From assembly GCA_016203305.1 (NCBI GenBank), contig JACQMY010000020.1, positions 8,003-72,002 of the forward strand: 64,000 nucleotides of DNA, read 5' to 3'. This document shows positions 58,262 to 64,000 of this stretch, piece by piece; positions within the stretch are counted from its first letter, which is position 1, and each line of letters starts with the position of its first letter. This stretch comes from Candidatus Woesearchaeota archaeon. Its GTDB lineage: Archaea; Nanobdellota; Nanobdellia; Woesearchaeales; ARS49. Both the position numbers and the translations under genes were made by a program. The notes below the pieces were generated by a model, which ran no database searches, was not told the origin of the DNA, and saw only the letters and a program-made list of their open reading frames with translations.

Positions 58262-58373
58262 GCCTTCGTAGCATAGTAGCTATTGCGCCACCTTGGTATC
58301 ACCTGGCCATTGGCAGTCAGCCATTCGCCAGCCAACAAGGTGGAGGTCGCGGGTGCAACTCCCGTCGAAGGCT
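58262..58373 (+). tRNA. tRNA-Thr(GGT) with 39-nt intron at 37/38 (58299-58337)
   Basis: GCCTTCG/CGAAGGC acceptor; CCACC-TT-GGT-A[intron]A-GGTGG; TTGG/CCAA central helix of a BHB-like motif. Confidence 0.9.
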
Positions 58374-58529
58374 CTAAAAATCTGCGGATTTTGGATCCTC
58401 GAAGTGCAAAGCACGTTCGAGGCTCTACAAAAACATTAATCTAATTTACGGCCATAAAAAATCAATTATTTCTAGCTTGAAATTCTCCGTCGATAAACGT
58501 AAACCTTATATATCCATTGATCGCCGGAA

Positions 58530-58545
58530 GATATCTTAAGATATC
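58530..58545. promoter_or_regulatory. Palindromic operator candidate
   Basis: GATATCTTAAGATATC perfect palindrome 3 nt before the RHH gene start. Confidence 0.55.
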
Positions 58546-58548
58546 CTT

Positions 58549-58752
58549 ATGGAAAGCAAGAAAGTTCTACTAACGCTGAACAAGGGATTGTATGAACTAC
58601 TCAAGCAGAAAGCAGACCAGAACTACATGAGCGTGCAGGAACTCATCTACGACGTTCTAAGACGGAACGTACTGCCAACAAAGAAAACAGGTGCAGGCAG
58701 GCCAAAGAAGGTAGAAGACCAATACATAGAATACTTTTCAAGAAAGAGGTGA
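58549..58752 (+). CDS. Ribbon-helix-helix-like DNA-binding protein
   Basis: KVLLTL (strand), LYELLKQKA, SVQELIYDVLR; GAGRPKK. Confidence 0.7.
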   Translation: MESKKVLLTLNKGLYELLKQKADQNYMSVQELIYDVLRRNVLPTKKTGAGRPKKVEDQYIEYFSRKR

Positions 58753-58755
58753 ACC

Positions 58756-59028
58756 ATGGACCCAACAATGATCGCAGGAATCCTAGGAGGCGTAGGCGGA
58801 GCCACAAGAGGACTAATAGGACTACTCAAAAGCCTCGCACTCAAAAGAAAGGTACTCTGGCAGTACTGGGCAATAACAGTCGCGATATCAATAATCATCG
58901 GCATATTCACCGGCATAGTGTTCAACTACGACCCACGATTAAGCCTCCTAGCCGGCTACGCAGGCACAGACATACTTGAAGGCATCTACAAAGGCTTCAA
59001 GGCGGAGAAAGTGTTGGTGAGGAAGTGA
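58756..59028 (+). CDS. Small membrane protein, holin-like
   Basis: Three short TMs, LLAGYAGTD, basic tail; SD GAGGTGA. Confidence 0.6.
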   Translation: MDPTMIAGILGGVGGATRGLIGLLKSLALKRKVLWQYWAITVAISIIIGIFTGIVFNYDPRLSLLAGYAGTDILEGIYKGFKAEKVLVRK

Positions 59029-59150
59029 ACCAGTCGCTGGCTTTGGAAATATATTGGTTCCAAAGCATTTGGGACTGGAATGGCATTGACTCAATCTATG
59101 ATCAGAGATTTTACACTATTGCCTTTTTAGTGTTAGGTAGAAATCTCTCG

Positions 59151-59537
59151 TCATTGACTCACTCGTTTCTTTGTTTCTCCAAGAATAAGTTTCCAGAATG
59201 TTTTCACAAGCGCAATCGCCTCGTCCAAATCCATCAATGATGCTTGATACCCATTGTAGTTTATGTTTTGCCGAACAGTGCGCAGCCAGTCAAGCGCCTG
59301 TAACGGACGGTCTGCAGTTACCTGTAAACCAATCACTGCTTTCAGCCGATCCTCATGATTTTCAACCTTCCCTTCCATAGCGAGCAACGCCTGTCCGAGT
59401 TGATGAAAGCATTCGTAAATCCTGCTAACAATGGTGGATGCACCCTCTGCAGTAGGTTTGAGTTCTAATAAATACTGCATCTCCCGCTCACTTGCCTGCA
59501 CGAGCGACCGTGCCTTTGCGACATCAGGCGCTTTCAT
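59151..59537 (-). CDS. HEPN-domain protein (putative toxin)
   Basis: IYECF, NHE, RQNINYNG; paired with MNT. Confidence 0.75.
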   Translation of the reverse strand: MKAPDVAKARSLVQASEREMQYLLELKPTAEGASTIVSRIYECFHQLGQALLAMEGKVENHEDRLKAVIGLQVTADRPLQALDWLRTVRQNINYNGYQASLMDLDEAIALVKTFWKLILGETKKRVSQ

Positions 59538-60115
59538 GGCTTCACCTCCAAAAAGCCATCAAGAACAATGCCGTTCGCAATGTTGGCGAATAGGTTGATG
59601 TCAACTTTATCTCTTGAGAAAAGAAGCAGGTTGACTTTGATATTATCCCGGTAGCCAATAGTGACTGTTCTGAAGCGTTCAACTCTTGCACTTAGGCCTG
59701 GAAGCTCAATCGCAATATCCAAGTCGCTCTTGCGCTCGTCCTCTCCCTTCCTGAAGCTGCCAAATAGCGTGATCGAGCGCGCCTGTGGGTATGCTCTGCG
59801 GATCTCGTCCACAAGAGGAGTGCAGTATATATTCGCAAGATTCGAGGCAATCTTCAGCCGAACGAACTGCAAGGAAGCTTTATTTGCCATCAGACGCCAA
59901 GAGCGCCCGAAATGATTTTTCAGGATAAGCCCTTTCTTGATCGCTTCCTCAATGAGGGGACTTGCCGTCTTTTTAGCAGTTTTCGTCTGCTCACACACCT
60001 CGGTCAGCGTCCAGTCACTATCAGGAAAAGAGAAAAACCACTGCATAATGCGTGCAGCAGCAGTGAACAACTCTGCGCTGACCTTCTTCCCGGAAAGTGG
60101 CTTATTCTTTGACAT
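59534..60115 (-). CDS. HTH-fused minimal nucleotidyltransferase (MNT antitoxin)
   Basis: N-terminal wHTH; LFGSFRKGED..SDLDIA; NIANGIVLDG. Confidence 0.88.
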   Translation of the reverse strand: MSKNKPLSGKKVSAELFTAAARIMQWFFSFPDSDWTLTEVCEQTKTAKKTASPLIEEAIKKGLILKNHFGRSWRLMANKASLQFVRLKIASNLANIYCTPLVDEIRRAYPQARSITLFGSFRKGEDERKSDLDIAIELPGLSARVERFRTVTIGYRDNIKVNLLLFSRDKVDINLFANIANGIVLDGFLEVKP

Positions 60116-60150
60116 ACTACATAGTTTCCAATGTTACTATAAAAGACTTT

Positions 60151-60200
60151 CGGAAACCAATTAGTCTCTTCGGAAACCAATCGGTTTCTCTGGAAACCAT
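60151..60200. promoter_or_regulatory. Three GGAAACCA direct repeats at 20-bp spacing
   Basis: Copies at 60152, 60172, 60192; includes the palindrome GAAACC-aatc-GGTTTC. Confidence 0.65.
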
Positions 60201-60282
60201 GCTTTGTTTGTTACAAATATCCCTTCGCTTGCGACGGCTGGTTTGCAGAAACAATGATTAGTAAGGGTTTGTAACAATGATC

Positions 60283-60813
60283 CTATTCCAATTCTCTTTT
60301 CAAAGTTTTGTGCGCATGATTAATGGCCTTGAACTTTTCAAGATTGCCAGTAGGAGTATCAGGATGGTGTGCGCGAGCAAGATCCTTGTAACGCTTGTTG
60401 ATCTCATCCAAATTCTTAACATCATGGTTTAAACCAAGAACTTCACGCGCTTGCTTGCGCTTCTCCTCGACATCCTCGTCCTCTGCAAAAGCCCCAATAA
60501 AGTCCATCATGGACTTCTCCTCGTTCAAAACAGCAGCAACCTCGAGTTCCAAAACCTTGGAAACAACGTAAAGATTATTGACAAACTTGCCAACATCATA
60601 CTGGTAAAACATTCGATGACCCTCAGCAAACCACTCAACAGACGCAGCAACCTTCTTGAAACCAGGCTCCAAAGGAATTTCAACCTGGCCATCAGGAATT
60701 CCCAGTTTTTTCAAAGCGTGAATTATATTATTCTTCAACTGCACAGCACGTCTGTCAAAAGAATCCCTGGCAATGACGGCATCAAACTCGTAACCCTTCA
60801 CCTTGACTATCAT
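60283..60813 (-). CDS. Protein with C-terminal J domain
   Basis: AREVLGL...YKDLARAHHPD...FKAINHAH. Confidence 0.88.
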   Translation of the reverse strand: MIVKVKGYEFDAVIARDSFDRRAVQLKNNIIHALKKLGIPDGQVEIPLEPGFKKVAASVEWFAEGHRMFYQYDVGKFVNNLYVVSKVLELEVAAVLNEEKSMMDFIGAFAEDEDVEEKRKQAREVLGLNHDVKNLDEINKRYKDLARAHHPDTPTGNLEKFKAINHAHKTLKRELE

Positions 60814-60817
60814 ACGA

Positions 60818-62008
60818 TTACCTGCGCCGCTTCCAAAAATGTTCCTGACCATGATGTTTATTCGCCCTATGCTCAGGACGCTTATGGTCAGAAGTCACTG
60901 TGATTTTTTCAAAAGCAGGAAGCAAAGCCTGCGGTATCTGCCTGTTAACATGGCGCATGATGCCCTTAAAGTCATGAACATCAGAAGGTGTTACGAACGT
61001 AACAGCATCCCCTTTAGCGCCGGCACGAGCAGTCCTGCCAATCCGGTGAACGTAATCATCAGGAGTCTGCGGCAAGTCAAAATTGTACACGTGAGAAATG
61101 TTATCAATATGCAAGCCTCTGGATGCAACATCGGTAGCAACTAGAATACCAACACCGCGCTTGTGCAAACTATTAATCGTATGAATCCTATTGCTCTGAG
61201 ACAAACCACCATGAATGGGAGTAGCGTCAATCCTTTGAGCGCGCAAATTACGAGCGACACGATCACAACCATGACGCGTCTTACAAAACACGATAGCAAT
61301 ACCAGGAGTCTCGTGCTTCAAACAATGAACAAGCAAAGAAAACTTGTCAGGACCATGAACTGCAAAAGCCCTCTCAGCAAGCAAGCTCGTGTCAACATGA
61401 GTCTTGGCTTCAACCATTACAGGAGAGTTCATGTACTTGTGCACCAAAGACTTCAAACGAGGAGCCAAAGTAGCGCTGAACAGCATAGTCTGCCTCTGTT
61501 TAGGAGTGCAACGAATAATTTTTTCAACATCATCAATAAAACCCATGTCCAACATACGGTCAGCCTCATCCAACACCAAATGACGAACAGTATGCAACTT
61601 AACTCCTCTTTCAATCAAGTCAAGCAACCTGCCAGGAGTTGCAACGATAACTTCAGCGGTTCTCACTGCACCCAACTGAGCACCAATACCGACACCGCCA
61701 AAAACAGGAACAACACGCAAACGAGCAAAACCCCTCAATGCATCACTAACTTGAACGCACAACTCACGAGTAGGAGTCAAAACCAAAACTTGAATACCCC
61801 TGCCAGACTGAATCAAGCTCAAAATCGGCAAGCCAAAAGCAGCAGTTTTACCAGAACCAGTCTCAGAATGACCAATAACATCCTTGCCCTCCAAAATGAG
61901 CGGAATAGCCTTCTGTTGGATCAAAGTCGGCTCAGTATAGCCAAGCCTATGAACACTCTTTAATACGTCCTCAGACAAGTTAAAATCGGAAAACTGCACG
62001 TCATTCAC
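60818..62008 (-). CDS. DEAD-box RNA helicase
   Basis: Q motif, TGSGKT, PTREL, DEAD, SAT, HRIGRTAR. Confidence 0.95.
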   Translation of the reverse strand: MNDVQFSDFNLSEDVLKSVHRLGYTEPTLIQQKAIPLILEGKDVIGHSETGSGKTAAFGLPILSLIQSGRGIQVLVLTPTRELCVQVSDALRGFARLRVVPVFGGVGIGAQLGAVRTAEVIVATPGRLLDLIERGVKLHTVRHLVLDEADRMLDMGFIDDVEKIIRCTPKQRQTMLFSATLAPRLKSLVHKYMNSPVMVEAKTHVDTSLLAERAFAVHGPDKFSLLVHCLKHETPGIAIVFCKTRHGCDRVARNLRAQRIDATPIHGGLSQSNRIHTINSLHKRGVGILVATDVASRGLHIDNISHVYNFDLPQTPDDYVHRIGRTARAGAKGDAVTFVTPSDVHDFKGIMRHVNRQIPQALLPAFEKITVTSDHKRPEHRANKHHGQEHFWKRRR

Positions 62009-62149
62009 TCCTATCCTTAAAACTATAGTTCAGAATAGTATATATTAACCCTGTAGGTCCCTTTATAAATGTTTGCTTTTGCAAAACCGTCAGGACAGAG
62101 ATACGCGCCAGGAAAAAGACGCACAGAACAATAGCGTTCTTCGAAACAC

Positions 62150-62449
62150 TTAAGCAAACTCATCCTTCAAATCATAAAACAACGCAACAAACTTCTGCAC
62201 TGCAATCTTTAACTCCTTTTGGCCAGAAGGAGTTATCTTATATTTCTTCTCGCGACCAGACTCCTTGACCTCCTCAATCAAGCCATTCCTGCTTAACTCC
62301 TTCAAAACAGGATAAACAGTCCCTGGAGACGGCCGGCAACCCTTGCGCTTCTCCATCTCATCACGAATCTCGTCACCAGACATGGACTTCTTGCTGATCA
62401 TTCGCAGTATAAGAAACGTAAGAAATCCCTTCATCTCGCACGCAGTCAT
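62150..62449 (-). CDS. PadR-family regulator
   Basis: SPGTVYPVL, KKYKITPSG. Confidence 0.9.
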   Translation of the reverse strand: MTACEMKGFLTFLILRMISKKSMSGDEIRDEMEKRKGCRPSPGTVYPVLKELSRNGLIEEVKESGREKKYKITPSGQKELKIAVQKFVALFYDLKDEFA

Positions 62450-62499
62450 GCGACAAAAAATGGCACGAGACTATATATTATTTTCCTGTAAAGATCTTC

Positions 62500-63570
62500 T
62501 TATCTTAAACCAAACTCATCCTTAACAGCATCAACAGGAATAGCAAAGTTCAAACCCTCGGCATCAGCAAACTTCTGCGTCACAACACCAACAAGCTCGC
62601 CATTCTTGTTAACCAAAGGACCGCCAGAATTACCGCCATTGACAGCAGCATCAAATTGGAGCCAAAAACGGCCAAAACCGTCATCAAGGTCACGATCAAG
62701 AGCAGATACAATGCCCTGAGTGGCAGTAAACTCCAAATACTGAGGATTGCCCAAAGCCAGAACCTCGTCACCAACAGCAAGAGCATCAGAACTACCCAAA
62801 GAAACAAACGAGCCAACAAGAGAAGTTTCCAACAAAGCCAAATCATAATCATCATTCAACTCAATAACTTCAGCAGAAGAACGTATTCCATCACCTGTAA
62901 CGATCTCTATAGTTGGAGCGCCAACACAAGTGAAAAATACAGAATAGAGAGGATCATCGCAAATCAATTCACGAGGATCAGCAACGTGCTTGTTAGTCAA
63001 AACAACACCGTGCTTATTGATAACAGCACCAGAACCGCCGATTGGCAAAACAATAGACATTGGAGAAATATCCCCCATCAACATCAAACCCTTTGAAGTC
63101 AAGCCGGACTCCAAAGAATCCAAAGATGAAAAGTCAAAATTCCACTCAACAGGAATACTTGTTGTAATCTCAACAACAGAAGGCAAAACACCCTGGACAA
63201 CATCAGAAAAATCACTCGCCTTACGGTCAACAGTAACGATCTGGTCAGACAACTCAAGAGTCTGACGCTGCAATTTCTTAGCACTGCGAGAAACACCATG
63301 AAGATCCTTATCCTGCTGCGACAATCTGCTCCTCACCAACAACTCTTGGCTGGCAAGCTCGTCCTCAAACGCAGACAATTGAGCAAGACGTTCATGCTGC
63401 TGTTGCGCAGCAAGCAACTGTTGCTGTTGTATCGCAAACTGTGAAGCAGAAACCTGCTGACGCATGGCTTCCAAATCATTTTGCAAGCCAGATTGAACAT
63501 CGGCCTGATAAGCAAGAATTGCAACCAATGGAATAAGGACAACTGCCAAAAGTAAGATTAACGTTTTCAT
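62500..63570 (-). CDS. Membrane-anchored trypsin-like (HtrA-type, no PDZ) serine protease with coiled coil
   Basis: TNKHV, DLALL, GNSGGPL catalytic motifs. Confidence 0.88.
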   Translation of the reverse strand: MKTLILLLAVVLIPLVAILAYQADVQSGLQNDLEAMRQQVSASQFAIQQQQLLAAQQQHERLAQLSAFEDELASQELLVRSRLSQQDKDLHGVSRSAKKLQRQTLELSDQIVTVDRKASDFSDVVQGVLPSVVEITTSIPVEWNFDFSSLDSLESGLTSKGLMLMGDISPMSIVLPIGGSGAVINKHGVVLTNKHVADPRELICDDPLYSVFFTCVGAPTIEIVTGDGIRSSAEVIELNDDYDLALLETSLVGSFVSLGSSDALAVGDEVLALGNPQYLEFTATQGIVSALDRDLDDGFGRFWLQFDAAVNGGNSGGPLVNKNGELVGVVTQKFADAEGLNFAIPVDAVKDEFGLR

Positions 63571-63633
63571 AACTTGTAGAGAATGCAAGTCATTTATAAA
63601 CCATTCGGTTTCTTTACCACTACAGAATGGTGT

Positions 63634-64000
63634 CTATTTGTTTTCTGTTCCATGATGGTAAAATTCACCAGCACGCCGCATCTCGTTAACAGAAGCACCC
63701 TGACGGAAAGAAGCATCAGCACGAATCACCATCTTCGCATCATTAACATCACCAATCAACACAGGCTTTATCAGAACCCGATCGCCAATACCCGAATTCT
63801 CCAAAGTCCTCTTGCCAACAAGAAGCAGAAGTAGAAACGCTACTTCCAGCAATCTTAAACGCAACATCCTCCTGACCACTCGGAAGAACACCATACTTGC
63901 GACCCTCAACAGCATCGGCAAGAGTCTGAGCCTTCCTCAAAACACCACTATACCTTCTCTGCTCAAAAGGAATAAGCTCAAACTGATCAGTACTATTAGA
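63634..64000 (-). CDS. 3' end of a hypothetical gene entering from outside the window, possibly frameshifted
   Basis: Two overlapping frames (63749->64000 and 63634-63921) each show minus-strand codon bias over part of their length. Confidence 0.35.

Noticed and set aside
1-64000. Alternative genetic code
   Set aside because: Conserved genes are full length under the standard code and TAA, TAG and TGA all occur as terminators.

Overview
A gene-dense 64 kb segment that reads as a DPANN-type archaeal chromosome, most like Woesearchaeota (inferred from the thermosome, archaeal GluRS/Cmk/RibL, an intron-containing tRNA, TATA-like promoters and GAGGTGA Shine-Dalgarno sites). It carries about 85 CDS, four tRNAs (Ala-CGC, Ala-GGC, Leu-TAA, Thr-GGT with a 39-nt intron) and five type II toxin-antitoxin pairs. 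I saw no rRNA, CRISPR array, integrase, transposase or reverse transcriptase. The most notable signals are: (1) about a dozen strand-polarised, 7-nt-periodic degenerate repeat arrays, which also appear inside a CDS and a tRNA intron; (2) a probable remote DGR target gene with a VR-like 3' end, a GNA-triloop hairpin and a frameshift; (3) a candidate copper/redox regulon with a BlaR/BlaI-like pair, a TTAC-N7-GTAA operator shared with the distant copA, and two proteins ending in PSMVGGC; (4) a duplicated ~56-nt 5' leader with mutually exclusive hairpins over the SD; (5) bacterial-type Lgt, lipobox proteins and a PlsC/acyl-CoA ligase operon; (6) a family of mosaic Cys-rich surface proteins. All product calls come from motif recognition by eye; no searches were run.
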